A stretch of DNA of 64,000 nt from Mytilus trossulus (GCF_036588685.1 NC_086382.1:72974001-73038000); one strand, 5' to 3'; numbered from the stretch's first letter, positions 49,712-63,224 are shown. Program-made: numbers and translations. The notes: generated by a model from the letters alone, not told the origin.

Positions 49712-52701
49712 TTGATGACTCACAACAACACTGTAGCATTTCAAAGTGTGAGACCAAAAGCTGCAAAACTTTTAATAACAGATGCTGAATTCACTAGCAT
49801 ATTGACCAAGAAGTCATATTTTACCAGAAGTTATGATGATCTTAATTGTAAATCGATAAATGTCGTCTACGGATTAGAGTGCAACCTTTGCTGATTGGTA
49901 TACGTCGGTGAAACGAAATAAGGCAAAACAAACGTATGTGCGGTCAGAGATCAGACATTTACCTCAATGCAAACGAGATTCTTTACCAGCAATTTGATCA
50001 GATCGATCATGCCATCGTTTTTTATGACAGTTCGCATTATCGAAAAAATATATACCATAGCTCTAACAATCCTAATCTTACAACGCCTCTCCGTAGACAA
50101 AAAGAAGACTACTGGATTAGATAATTGGGAACTGTCTTACCTTATGGTTGCAATGAAGAAAATTGATGGTATAAGTATTCTATCTAGTCCTTCGTGTAAC
50201 TCGGTGAATGTGGTGAATATTTTCAACTCGGCTCCTCGACGTAGACGCACTCATGGTCATCGTCATTATACATCACCTTCTCTGCATGATGTCTCTATTA
50301 ATGACCTGCTGCCATTTATACAAAAGCCGTTAGGTATTCATCACATTCGCACGAAACTTTATTCATTACCCCTTACAAAACTTCATTCTCTGTTCAATTT
50401 ATGTTTGAAATCCACTGTTACAAACCCTCATTCAATTCAATACAAACTTGAAGCTATAATTTCGGATATTGCTAGTCACAGACAGTTATTCCGCATTGGA
50501 AAAGATGAAAAAGAGAAAAGATCTTTCCTTAATATTTCCTTTGCCAACAAAGGTCTCGATGGCGTCAACTTAGGCAATATCCTTCATCATAAATTAGTTC
50601 AATCGAAAATACCTCCTTATTTCAAAGACCAGTCTGTACCAATTATTTCTTATACCTATACCAAACCTATTGCAACTAAGTTTTTCAATTACAAACACGT
50701 TTTGCAGGATCTCGATATTGACGACTTCAAGTCTAAAGCTCCTGATTGCACTTGTGCTAGTTCCCAATTCACATATAATCCTGTTGGCCACGTTATTACC
50801 GGTGACCTCAACATTGTTAATAACACTTCTTTACACAAGTTGTTATCGAAAGGTCCGAAATATCGTGAGCCTATATCCATCAATTGGAAATACAACTTTA
50901 AAATTTTGATGGATTCAGTCGAGGATTATGCCAGGCAATGGGTTAAGTGCGAAAGGGAAGACATAGACACTCTTTCCGAATGGATTAAGGCAGCGAGGTC
51001 GTTGATACAATTCAGAATTAAAAAACTGAATGGGTCCATCAATGCCCATGCTACGTCAATCTTTAAAGACCCAAATATTGCTAAACACCTATCCGACCTC
51101 CATGACAAATATGTTGTTGTCCCCACAGACAAAGCTCCAAATAACATCGTTTTTGTGTGTAAAAGTCATTACATTAACTGCTTGATAAACGAATTGGGTA
51201 TTGACAATTCACTTGGAAACTCAACATACACCCTCACGACACTAACCAAAGAGGAAATCCTAGATAAGCATAGGTCTGTTCTTTGTTCCTTTGGAATTTC
51301 AACCAAAGATGAAGAACTGGATCTTGCATCACTGTATTGGATACCTAAACTACATAAGTGTCATTACAAACAACGGTATATTGCTGGGTCTTCCAAGTGC
51401 TCCACGAAACTCTTTCTAAATTATTAACATCTATTTTATCAGCAATCAAAGACGGGCTTCAAAGTTATTGTGAAACTGCCTATTCTAGAGGTGGCGTGAA
51501 TCAGATGTGGATACTTAAAAATTCCAAAGATCATTTACAGTACATACAATCTAACTCTCTTTCATCTTTTAACAGTATTAAAACATTTGACTTTTTACTC
51601 TTTACACAAGTATTCCACATTCTAAACTAAAAGACAAATTGAAAGAGTTGGTATTGCTTTGCTTCATAAAAAAAAATGGCCGACGTAGATACAAGTATCT
51701 TGTCTTAGGAAGGAATAAATCCTACTTTGTAAAAGATCACTCTGATTCCAACAAAAAATTCTCCGAAACTGATTATTAAGATGCTTGATTTTTTGATTGA
51801 CAACATATTTGTTACGTTCGGAGGACGTGTTTTTCAACAGACTGTCGGCATTCCAATGGAAATAAACTGTGCCCCTTGCCGACTTATTTCTTTATTATTA
51901 TGAGGCTGACTTCATGCAGAAACTTCTGAGGAAGAAAGATAAGAAGTTAGCAATATCCTTTAACTCTACTTTTCGCTTTATGGATGATGTTCTTTCACTA
52001 AATAATTAAAAATTTGGTGACTATGTGGAACGCATCTATCCCATTGAACTAGAGATAAAGGATACTACAGATATAGTTAAGTCGGCTTCATATCTTGACT
52101 TACATCTAGAAATTGACAATGAGGGTCGGTTGAAAACAAAACTTTATGACAATAGAGATGATTTCAGCTTTCCAATTGTGAACTTTCCATTTCTAAGTAG
52201 CAACATTCCAGCATCACCTGTGTACGGGGTATATATCTCCCAATTGATACGATATCCCCGTGCTTGCATTTCCTATCATGATTTTCTTGATACAAATGTA
52301 GAGGGTTGCTGCTCACAAGGAAGCTATTAAACCAAGAGTTTCAAATGGTGAAGTTGAAATCATCCCTTCGTAAATTTTACGGACGCCATCACGACTTGGT
52401 TGACCGTTATGGAATAACCGTTTCACAAATGATATCGGATATGTTCCTTACGTCGTAACTACAATCCCCTTCCCTTTCATGAATGTGACCTACTTAATTA
52501 GACTATTTACCGGTTTTGGTATCACATAAGCAACACGACGGGTGCCACATGTGGGGCAGGATCTGTTTACCCTTCCGGAGCACCTGAGTCATGTGTACTA
52601 TTGTTTGTCTGTTTGTCTTTTTCATTTTTAGCCATGGCGTTGTCAGTTTGTTTTAGATTTCTGAGTTTTACTGTTCCTTTGGTATCTTTCGTCCCTCTTT
52701 T
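49712..52701 (+). mobile_element. Near full-length but frameshifted Penelope-like retroelement with N-terminal GIY-YIG endonuclease (Naiad-type)
   Basis: Motif order: CKSINVVYGLECNLC*LVYVGET (GIY-YIG, ~49845-49915), RRQKEDYWIR, DCTC...GHVITGDL, LLSKGPKYRE, VPTDKAPNN, LYWIPKLHK...RYIAGS, IKTFDF, QTVGIPM, FRFMDDV, YLDLHL...KLYDNRDDF. Confidence 0.85.
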
Positions 52702-53149
52702 ACAGCATTTTAAAGGTTAGTGATTGGAAGTAACAAAATCTTTGTAGTGTGCTACCTTAATAGACTAAATAATAAATTCATAATTGTTTAGGTCATCTTC
52801 AGTCTTTCGGAATTTGTTTTAAGTTTTTCTATCTGTAGAAATAAAATTCTCAAAAATATGTTGATGAGGACTGATTTATTATCTAAAATAAGCTCGTCGT
52901 CAGAAGGCTGCTGTAAGGGCTGTGATGGCTAACGATGTATAGCTTGCAGTCAAATACTTCACACAAAGACTTTCCATAGGTACTCGAATAAAAACAAAAA
53001 AGTAAAATTACAAAAATACTGAACTCCGAGGAAAATTCAAAACAGAAAGTCCCTAATCAAATGGCAAAATCAAGTAACAAAACACATTAAACGAATGGAC
53101 AACTGTCATATTCCTGACTTGGAACAGGCATTTTTAAATGTAGAAAATG

Positions 53150-53317
53150 GTGGATTGAACCTTGTTTTATAGTTCTAAACCTCTCACTTGTATGACAGTC
53201 GCATAAAAATTCGTTATATTTTCAACGATGCGTGTGGATTGAACCTTGTTTTATAGTTCTAAACCTCTCACTTGTATGACAGTCGCATAAAAATTCGTTA
53301 TATTTTCAACGATGCGT
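53150..53317 (+). repeat. 84-bp tandem duplication inside an interspersed repeat (~52995-53530)
   Basis: GTGGATTGAACCTTG...TTCAACGATGCGT occurs twice head-to-tail. The host repeat resembles 31300-31440 and 6310-6395. Confidence 0.85.
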
Positions 53318-54590
53318 GAACAAAACCGACATAATAGGTAAAATAGTCAAAATATGGGTACAGCAGTCATCACTGTGTTACAATCTTAAAACAAAAAAGC
53401 ATTTACAATAATGCACAAAAAGCATGCATCAAATAAAAAAAAACACACACATGCATTGCTTCGCGTGCATGACGTCAAAAAATGAAAACGTCAACTAAGA
53501 GGAAATTTTGTCGTCAATATGTATTCGAAAATACTGAATTTTACATGGGGAATGGTGGTATGCAGGGTTAAAAATGAAAAGTTATGTTAGAATTAATATC
53601 AGAAACAGACCAAAATTTAAAAGTATCCAGAAGTTCTTTAGAACTTCAAAGTACACCATATTTTGCAAGACTACACGAACTGCATATCTGCTTCAGTATA
53701 CATGTGTCAAACAGTATGTTGGAAAGTCAAATCGACGATTTATTAAGCAAATGACCATCGTCGTAAAGATCTTCTGGTCAGTCTAAAGCAGAAATGACCG
53801 AATGACTTTCATCATCATGAATTCCATTATACTACGTGGGAAGAGAGAATCAATCGGAAAAATAATCATGGAATACCTATCGTTTGATCATACTTTATTA
53901 ATAAGAAGTTAACGATTATTGAATTCTATAACACTTGTAATTAATAATGAAAATTTGAATACCGAACGAAGAAGAACCCTGACTTCTCTACAAACGATGT
54001 ACGGCATTTAATTAGTATGATAGCAATGGCTCTGATTGATAATACTATCAGGTAATAAGATAAAAACAAAAAAGTGCTTGATGTCGTATCAACTGAATTA
54101 TTTGATAACCATATATACGCAACTTTTCCATTTATAATTTATATAAAGTTGCATAGATAATAAAAGTATAGCAATAAAAAATGGCGAAATGATAGTTAAG
54201 CTAGTGTGACACGAAGTTATCATCCAAAGGAAAAGGAATGAGCAAGTCTTTGCAAGGCCCTTAACAAAAACCATTTTTATAGAAAATTAAAAAAAAAACT
54301 AAAGATAAGGAATACGTTACATTTTGAATTTATCATAAACAATATATATTCGATAGGTCTTATACTTTTTCACATAAATTTCACATGTTGCAACTTAACG
54401 TAGGGAATATATCTTATATGTTGAATTATTGAATAGAACATGTTGGTCATCATAAGCAGGAATAACAAAAAATACATGATATTAACTGTTTACATTAGAA
54501 AATGAAATTATCATTTAAATAGGAGAATTTAAACATAAGTTCATAAAAAGTACGAACTATATCGAAAAGTAGAAAATAAATAGATCGACA

Positions 54591-54765
54591 GGGTTGCGTT
54601 CAATATTGTAACGGCTACGTAGTGTTATGTTGATTTTTGTCGACCCAATGAGTAGCTGGCCTAGTTGCTATCAATATCTATGTAGCAGCTATGCTAGATA
54701 CACGTTCAATAGTCTTAAATCTACGACCCAGCCGTATGTAGGCGCTACGATATTGATCGCAACCC
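54591..54765. mobile_element. Tourist/Harbinger-like MITE
   Basis: Imperfect 28-bp TIR GGGTTGCGTTCAATATTGTAACGGCTAC / GTAGGCGCTACGATATTGATCGCAACCC. Confidence 0.55.
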
Positions 54766-55266
54766 CGCTTATTAAAAGAATATCGACGGCTCCATAAAAG
54801 AGCTATTGATAGATAGGCCGACGGATGGATTGACTGTTCTGTCTGAAATATGAATCACGTTATCTCAAATGTTCATCACGTTATTAAATTGAAAGATTGA
54901 TTTCAGATGCTTTATGAACTCGATTATCAAATAGAACACAATGTTGACTGCTGTACCCGTAATTTGGACATTTAAACACGTCTGTTCTCACATCGTCATC
55001 AATATAATGGAATTTTGAAGCAACTGTTTTACAGGTGAGAGGTCTATCTAGCTCTAAAACCTTGTTTAATAGACCAATTCCTACATACGAAATGACTGTA
55101 CCAAGTTAGGAATATGACAGTTGTTATCCATTCGTTTGATGTGTTTGAGCATTTGAGCATTAGGGACTTTCCATTTTGAATTTACCTCGGAGTTTGGTAT
55201 TTTCGTTATTTTTCATTTTTCATTTTCCAAAAAAATGTTTTCAAAGATTTAGATTTAGTATGTATA

Positions 55267-55593
55267 TGTTTCATGGAATTTGTAAAACCAGGGATTTTGT
55301 AAAATCACCGGACTTTTTAGTGATTTTGTAAACTCACTAACAGTTTCAGTGGTTTTGTAAAATCCCTGAAATTGTTAGGGATTTTACAAAGTCACTGAAA
55401 ATAGGGCTATATACATAAGATTTTGTTAAATCCATGATTACAATAAAGTATAACTTTCTTTTAGAAATTTGTTTTTCTTAATATAAACATATAAGGGATT
55501 TTGTAAAATCACTAGTCAAAATCAGGGATTTTCTAAATTCCCTGAAATTTTAGTGATTTTACAAAATCCCTGATTTCACAAATTTCCTGTAAC
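55267..55593. mobile_element. Non-autonomous DNA element with TGT...ACA ends and multiple GATTTTGTAAAATC subterminal repeats
   Basis: TGTTTCATGGAATTTGT / ACAAATTTCCTGTAACA ends, flanked by TA. The motif GATTTTGTAAA/TTTACAAAATC recurs about 8 times. Confidence 0.6.
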
Positions 55594-55889
55594 ATAAACA
55601 TATTAATTTATACAAAACTTAACTTCGGCGTAAAATTGAAAAAAATAAATTATAAAATCGATAAAAGACAGAACATATTTCCAATGCTTTAAAACTGTTT
55701 TTCTTTCCCTTCAGTATACTTATGATAACTGTTAGGTAATATAACAGCTACTAAAACATATCTCAATATTTTACACAATTATCCATGTTTTTCTTAAATA
55801 AAAAATCGTTTTGGCATTCTGAATCAGATTGTTTTTGGATGCATTTCATTTTGATAAATAATTCAAATGTGCACTATCCTTAAAATAAG

Positions 55890-55895
55890 TATAAA
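55890..55895 (+). promoter_or_regulatory. Candidate TATA box of the fibrinogen-related gene
   Basis: TATAAA about 50 bp upstream of ATG 55943; AT-rich context lowers specificity. Confidence 0.4.
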
Positions 55896-55942
55896 GCTGT
55901 TGCACAGTTGATATGCTATGACAGTGTCTTGTTGAGAGTACC

Positions 55943-58900
55943 ATGTCTATGTTTGGTATCTTTCTCGTTTTACCTGTTATAGATGGGTTTTCCATGAAAG
56001 AATATTGTCACAAAAATGACTTCAGTTGTAAGCAACCATTTTTTAAACAACAAGGGAAACTTGAGTTTGGACGATGCAGTTCAATAAATGTCCTTCGCAG
56101 AATGTTGAGACTTGGTATGATTGATTGTGTTAGAGAATGTTTGGTCACTTCACAATGTAAAGGCATTAACTATCGTCCAGACTGGCAAATGTGCGACGTT
56201 GTTGGCGAAATAAAACAGGGAGATCTGGAAGTAGAAGATGGATGTGTGTATAGCAATATAGCAACCTGGCCAGAGGTAACTAAATTTGTTAAGTTGATCT
56301 TATTTCTTTTACTCGTAAGATTTCGCAAAAACTTTAAACACAATGTTAATTAATATTTTGCAAGGTACAAACATACATTTGTCCGTTACATTTATAATAA
56401 TTTTTCATTGCAATACATTTCTTCTTATCATTCATTATTTATTTTATCAGTTGAAGAATGAATGATGGATGAATATGTTTCAATCTATGCGTATTTTTGA
56501 GAAATCCTAGTTTAATTTTACATTTGAGTCCCATTATCTGAAGGAGGAACATTTTTTACATCTTGCACGGGAATTCATAACTATAATTTTACTTCAAAAC
56601 ATAGATCACTTTTGCCGTATTTGACACCACTTTTTTTTAAAATTTTAGGTCCTCAATGCGCATCAACTTGTTTGGATTTCTAACTATTTTAATCTGAGTG
56701 TCACTGATGAGTCTTATGTAGACGAAACGCGAGTCTGGCGTATCAAATTATAAACCTGGTACCTTTGATAACGTTATAGATATTTCATTAAATGCATATA
56801 CAGTATTCCATGATTGCAAATAAATACATAATAAACAGTATTTCGATCTCAGAATTGCTTTCCGTCAACTATTTTTTTCTTTCTTTTTTTAATTATAGAG
56901 TTTAGCAGGAGTATGTCGAGCTTACGATTGTGATATAGGAGAAAAGTGTTTATTTGACGATAATAAAGTCCGATGTGAACAAGTTTGTAAGTAATCAATA
57001 TATTTACTTTCTTAGTAGAAGAGGCGGTGATAAGGTCTTTCCATTTTTCTGTGGACAGACCTATAGTATTTGTTCTTATTATTTTTAATTTATCTTACAG
57101 TAAATATTGATTTCCCAAGATGCCGATTAGATTTTTTTTACCTTTTTGGACACATTTATTTTCAAAATTACTTGATACATTCTCATATCTCCATAAGGGA
57201 ATAAATGTCCGCCTTTGCATTTGCATTGACATAAGAGTTGTATAAAACAAACCTAGAGGTGGTCTCAGGTATTTGTGAAAGCTAAACAGACAATGCTCCT
57301 CATGTGGGCCCGTCGTGTTGCTCATATAAGTAAAAACCCAATGTTTAGTCTAATTAGGAAGGCCACATATGGGGAAAGAGGGCCGGGAACACAATTGTCA
57401 TGAAAAGGGGCACAGCTGATTCTCATGGGAATACAAATTGTTTGTTGAAAAAACTTGTCATTTGTTATGACACAAAGCAAGACCAACTCTTTCAAATTTT
57501 CTATAAGTTGAGAATTGGGAATACTTGTGTAAAAATTAGATTAGTCAAATGTTCTGATACTTTTGCAAGATTAAAGAGTCTTAGATTGTCTGTACTTTAA
57601 AAACAAAACATTTTGAAGTTGTGTTGCCAAGTGATGGATTTGAGCTTTGGATACAACAATACCGGAATATGACAGTTATATCAATTCGATTGCTGTTTTT
57701 GAGCTTTTGTTTTTGCCATTTCATTAGGACACTTCTGTTTTCAATATTTTTTAGAGTGTCGTTTTTGTTGTTGTTATTTTACTTTTTTCACAGAGAAGTG
57801 TTACTGACAATATTAAAGTGAACAGTAATACTGTGGCAATGCAAGTCGAATTATATATGATTGGTGAACTAGCAAAGAAGCAATTAGGAGGTTTGGACTT
57901 AAAGTCGTCACTATTGAGATCCTGCAAAACTTGTTTGTAATTAGTTTTGTATAGGTTTAAGAAATTATAGGTACAGACTTATCTTTAGAATAGGGAAGTA
58001 TTTTCGAGTGATCTCATTTATGATGAAGGGTATTTGCCAACTGGATGGCATTTAAACCTTCGTTGGCAAAAGAAAGTTTGAACATAGATTTTTAGCTCAC
58101 ACATTATGTTGTTGGGTTCAAAATATTTGCGTTCGCCCAGCCTTCCAATAAGCGTAGGACAGTGGTGCAACAGCACGATGTTGACATAAGAACAAACTAA
58201 AAATCAGTTGCAAAAGATCTATATATGTCGAAACAAAAGTTTTAAAAAACCTCCAAAAAGACTTAATTAAAAAGTAAAATAACAAAAAAAACGAAATCCG
58301 AGAAAAATTCAAATCGGAAACTCGTTATCAATTCAAATTTTCATTCTTTGTTGTTTTTTCTTTTATCGTTTTGTGTACCAATGAGACTATTTCAATTGCT
58401 TTACATTTTTGTCAGGCTGAGGCTTTTTAATTAACTGTACTATATGTGTTTTGGTCTTATTGTTGAAGCCGTAAGGTAACCAAAAGTTGTTCATGTCTAC
58501 GTCATTGTGTCTCTGTTGAATAGTTGTGAAAATAAATATCAAGTATATCTACCTTGAAGGACTTGAAAGGTAAATATTACCATGTGTTCTTTAGATTTGT
58601 TTTTATATCTAGGCAAAGTCATAATTAGCCGTTAAAGTCATGAACAGCGAATTAAGCAAATGTTTTCATACATATTCTAAATAAAAAAAAGTATACTTTC
58701 GCATAACAGATTGTGAAAATAATCCGAAAGCAGATAATGCTATTTCTGACGAGAAGTTTGGAAATCATAAAAACCTCGGAGCTGGATTGAAGTTTCAGTG
58801 TAAGGATGGCTATAAACTCCAAGGACATCCTTATTCATTTTGCCTACATTCAGGAAGATGGGACACTCAGTTTCGATGCATTCTGAATAGTACAGGTAAA

Positions 58901-61900
58901 TTATATTTAAAAGCAATATACTAGGTGAAATTTTTCTACATTCATAAGTGAATAGAAAAAATAGAGTGAAAACGAAAGAAAATGTGCATACATTCATTCA
59001 CGACAAATAATTTACACAATTTGCAAACATTCTACCATATGTATTTGACTTTGGTTTGAATTTCCCTTCCATAGACTCAATGTAAAACAAAATATGGTAA
59101 AATTATATAAAAAATACATGTTACCCTTTTTAGCTCACCTGGCCCAAAGGGCCAAGTGAGCTTTTCTCATCACTTGGCGTCCGGCGACCGGCGTCCGGCG
59201 TCCGGCGTCGTCGTCCGTCGTCGTCGTCCTGCGTTAACTTTTACAAAAATCTTCTCCTCTGAAATTACTAGGCCAAATTTAACCAAACTTGGCCACAATC
59301 ATCATTAGGGTATCTAGTTTAAAAATTGTGTCCGGTGACCCCACCAACTAACCAAGATGACCGCCATGGCTATAAATAGAACATAGGGGTAAAATGCAGT
59401 TTTTGGCTTATAACTCAAAAACCAAAGCATTTAGAGCAAATCTGACATTGGGTTAAATTGTTAATCAGGTGAAGATCTATCTGCCCTGAAATTTTCAGAT
59501 GAATTGGACAACCTGTTTTTGGGTTGCGGCCCCTAAATTGGTAATTTTAAGGAAATTTTGCTGTTTTTGGTTATTATATTGAATATTATTATAGATTTAG
59601 GTAAACTGTAAACAGCAATAATGTTCAGCAAGGTCAGATTTACAAATAAGTCAACATGACCAAAATGATCAGTTGACCACTTTAGGAGTTATTGCCATTT
59701 ATAGTCAATTTTTAACCATTTTTCGTAAATTTTATATATCTTTTACTAAAATCTTCTTCTCTGAAACTGCTGTGCCAAATTGATCCAAACTTGGCCACAA
59801 TCATCTTTGGGGTTTCTTGTTTAAAAAATGTGTCCGGTGACCTGGCCATCAAACCAAGATGGCCGCCACGGTTAAAAATAGAACATAGGGGTAAAATGCA
59901 GTTTTTGGCTTATAACTCAAAAACCAAATAATTTAGAGAAAATCTGACATGAAGTAAAATTGTTAATCAGGTCAAGATCTATTTGCCCTGAAATTTATAG
60001 GTAAACTGTAAACAGCAATAATGTTCAGCAAAGTAAGATCTACAAATAAGTCAACATGAACGAAATGGTCAATTGACCCCTGTAGGAGTTATTGACCTTT
60101 GTAGTCAATTTTCAATCTGCTTCCTTTGTTTAATATTCACATAGACCAAGGTTAGCGACACAGGCTCTTTAGAGCCTCTAGTTTAAAGATGTAGTAGGAA
60201 AAACACACATTATTATTTTTTTTTTTTACTAATAGGCTAGCGATATTTTGTCGGTTAACAGCTTAACTTTCTATGTGAAAATCGTTTTTGGTAACAAAAT
60301 ATGCAATATATTATTTCATACATTTTCGAGTCAAACAATTGGAATGGCTGATCAAATTGAAATATTAAGAATATAGAATTTTATGCAGCAAACCAGGAAC
60401 AGATTGAAAAACATTTGATTGCACTTTTTTACAGCAAAAATCTTGATTCTATCAATTTCGATAAAAAATTTCATCACAAATCAACCTTCACTAGAACGTC
60501 ATCGTAATTTTAAGGCATACAATCGGTTCCTCTCGCCTGTTATATCGGTTCTACATGATTTGAAACCCGGTCTGTGTACCGAACTGTGATGTTAAATGTT
60601 GAAATGTTAGACACCAAATTCTCGATATCCCCTTTGTAGTTTATGATTTATTTAATATTAAAAAATTCTTGTTATAATATGGGTAGCCACCCCACAACAG
60701 TTTACATCATAACTGTCAATATAATTTTATTCCATATGATTCATAATCTGAACTTTAAAAACCTAAACATTTTTTTCAGCAATGATGCCATACAGTGCGT
60801 CATTTCGAAATCGAAAGGATACTATAGGTAATTCTGAAATGTAATTAGTGTTTCGTCATTGGTTTCATTTTGCAATGTATACAAGTAGTTTGATTGGAAA
60901 ATCTAATAAATTATTTAACAACAGTTACATAAGAAAGAATCATTGGCACATAAATATTTGTTTTATGCCACTTTGGAGATGTTGAAAATAATTCTCTGAA
61001 ACAAGTGCTTGAAAGTAACCTCATTGAAATCCTGAGTGTTTTGCTAACAACAAATATTTTAACTAAGAAGTATTTTTCAGTACACAGTCAACCTTCCAAT
61101 TGAAACTAACATAGCCTGTAATTCAGTCGTTGTCGTTTGTTGCTGTGTTACATATTTGTTTTTGTTCATTTTTTGTTCATGAATTATGGTGTTAGATTTC
61201 TTGTTTGAATTGTTTTACATTTTTCATTTCGGGGCCTTTTATAGCTGACTATGTGGTATGGGCTCTGCTCATTGTTGGAAGTCTTACAGGGATCTAAAGT
61301 TTTAAGGATGTTACACCCCAGGTTAAAGATTTATTTCTGTGTCATTTGGTCTCTTGTGTAGAATTGTCTTATTGGCAATCATACCGCAAGTTCTTTTTTA
61401 TATCTTATTTTATGTACAGAGCATATCAAAGAAGATTCCCTTTCACTGTATAACTCCAAGTTTAAATATGATAAAATATCCGAGGTCTAACATTTCTTAT
61501 AACGAAGTCCTTGCGGATTAGAGGTTGCTGCTCACCACATAAGTATTTGAATATCCCTTTGTTATCTTCCGACTATCTTTTTTATAGTTACTAACTTAAA
61601 ATGTCTTGAAGCAAATGAACATTCAATGTAATAGGACGATTCTTGAAAGTAAACCGCCTTTAATGTAAGGCGGATTTTTTTCTCTGTTTACTGCCACTAG
61701 AAAATAAGGTTATCAGAGACAAGATAATCATTTGCACCATAGTATCATATAAGGCCACAGAAGGAAACTGTATTTTTTTGATCAGGCCATTTCCAGTTTT
61801 TTTTCCGGTAACTAAGAAACCAAACCATTCCATGTTACATAAGGAATTGTTAAAAACGAACTGCAGGAAATCCTGCGATTCGTTTTTACAAAAATTAAAT

Positions 61901-63224
61901 GCCAAATAAATCAAGCGGATTTTTTGATAATGCCTATTCATGGTAAAGAACAACTTTAAGAGTATAAGAGGTGGTGGCAAGCTATAATAACAGCTGCGGG
62001 GGGGGGGGGAATGAGTCTACCAACGATTTGATTGACACAGTTTACTTAAAACAAATATGGTATACATCAATATATATCTTGTCTAGTAACAGTTGACCAG
62101 TCTTTATGTTGGTGTTTTTTTTGCTGTTGTTTTTTTAGATGTCTGTTGGTCTTTCAATTTTAAGCCATACCGTTGTCCGTTTATTACTGACTAATGAGTT
62201 TGAATGTCCTTTTGATATCTTTCGCCACTAGGTTACAACTTTTTTCAAAATTTGTTCACGGACATTGATATTTTACCCATAGTTTTATTGATAATTGACA
62301 GAAAAGAGCAATGAGTTTCCAAAGGATTGCAGTGATCTTCCGACAGGGAGCACCAGTGGTATTTATGTCATCAGTACCAATATAACAGTATATTGCTATA
62401 TGGTTGCTGGCTCAGAGGGATGGACAGTAAGTTTATGTTCTTATATAGCTCTATTATTTTGATTCTAATGATTTATCGATCATTTACTAGATTTTTTTCA
62501 AATATGTTTCAACTCTTCCCTTTGTTACTGATTTGTTTTTGTACAACTATTGAAATTATAAACAGTACTGTGCAATCTTATAAGTACGTTGGCTTGAATA
62601 CTTGAATTTTTTTCTAGTTTACTGTTTTAATTGAACTGTTTCTATTCTTTATAAACGTGTTTAGCTTCGAATAAACTTATAGATACCAGGATTAACATTC
62701 TGTACGCCAGACGCGCGTTTCGTTTAAAAAGGATCATCAGTGAATCCAAAAATGTTTGAAGAACTTTGAGAAACAAAATCTTCCGAAAGGTTTTGATAAT
62801 ACAGCTGAGGTTATGCATTCCTGGGGTGGAACATCTTTAGTAATTTAAACGTCATTTGTGCGAACAACATTTGAATCCAAAGTGAAAAATATAAATTATT
62901 CGTCAAACTTACATTTAATGTCAATGACTACTTCCTGTAATAATAGTTGAAAATAATTACAAGTATTTTTTATTAAAAATGAGATATATAAAAACAGTTA
63001 AAGCAGTTTTATTAGCTTGGCGCTTATAGTTTCAAGGAAATGCTGTTCTGACAACACACATAAACACAAATATTATAATAAAGAAAATAGTTTTGTATAA
63101 GAATTAAATTGATAACTTTCGTAAAAGGTAATACAGCATCGCTTTAATGGGAAGCAAACATTCGAAAAGAACTGGCATGAATACAAAACTGGCTTTGGAA
63201 ATGTTTCCGGTGAATTTTGGTTAG
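55943..63224 (+). CDS. Secreted fibrinogen-related protein (signal peptide, PAN/apple-like, Cys-rich linker, Sushi/CCP, FReD). Exons 55943-56275, 56899-56986, 58710-58895, 62302-62426, 63128-63224; continues beyond the window.
   Basis: Phase-compatible GT-AG exons. Hydrophobic N-terminus. DCVRECLVTSQCKGINY...CD (PAN-like). CENNP...FQCKDGYKLQG...CLHSGRWDTQFRC (Sushi). PKDCSDL...SGIYVI...VYCYM...GWT-VIQHRFNG..TFEKNWHEYKTGFGNVSGEFWLG (fibrinogen domain). Confidence 0.88.
56698..56741 (+). ncRNA. Minimal type I hammerhead ribozyme in a retrozyme/Penelope-derived repeat (~56610-56772)
   Basis: GTGTCA-CTGATGA-GTC-TTATGTA-GAC-GAAA-C-GCGA-G-TC-TGGCGT: complete catalytic core, stem II GTC/GAC, very short stem III, GUC cleavage triplet at 56733-56735. 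Confidence 0.8.
59127..60183 (+). mobile_element. Helentron-associated non-autonomous element (DINE-1/HINE-like) with internal tandem repeat
   Basis: 5' TTTTAGCTCACCTG with nearby inverted GTGAGCT; a (GTCC/GTC)n microsatellite; two ~500-bp internal units (~59246 and ~59747); 3' GGTTAGCG followed by hairpin AGGCTCT-TT-AGAGCCT and CTAGTTT. Confidence 0.75.
62704..62744 (-). ncRNA. Hammerhead ribozyme motif, antisense copy with weakened stem II
   Basis: Reverse complement TTCA-CTGATGA-TCCTTTTTAAAC-GAAA-CGCGCGTC-TGGCGT. Confidence 0.55.

Noticed and set aside
49892-49894. In-frame TGA after CNLC in the GIY-YIG region as a selenocysteine codon
   Set aside because: It falls on the position that is usually Gly (CxxCG..YVGET), so GGA>TGA decay is more likely. 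The copy has many other lesions and no visible SECIS.
55270-55590. CRISPR-like array of short repeats
   Set aside because: Eukaryotic context; the repeats are degenerate, in both orientations, irregularly spaced and enclosed by TIRs; no cas genes.
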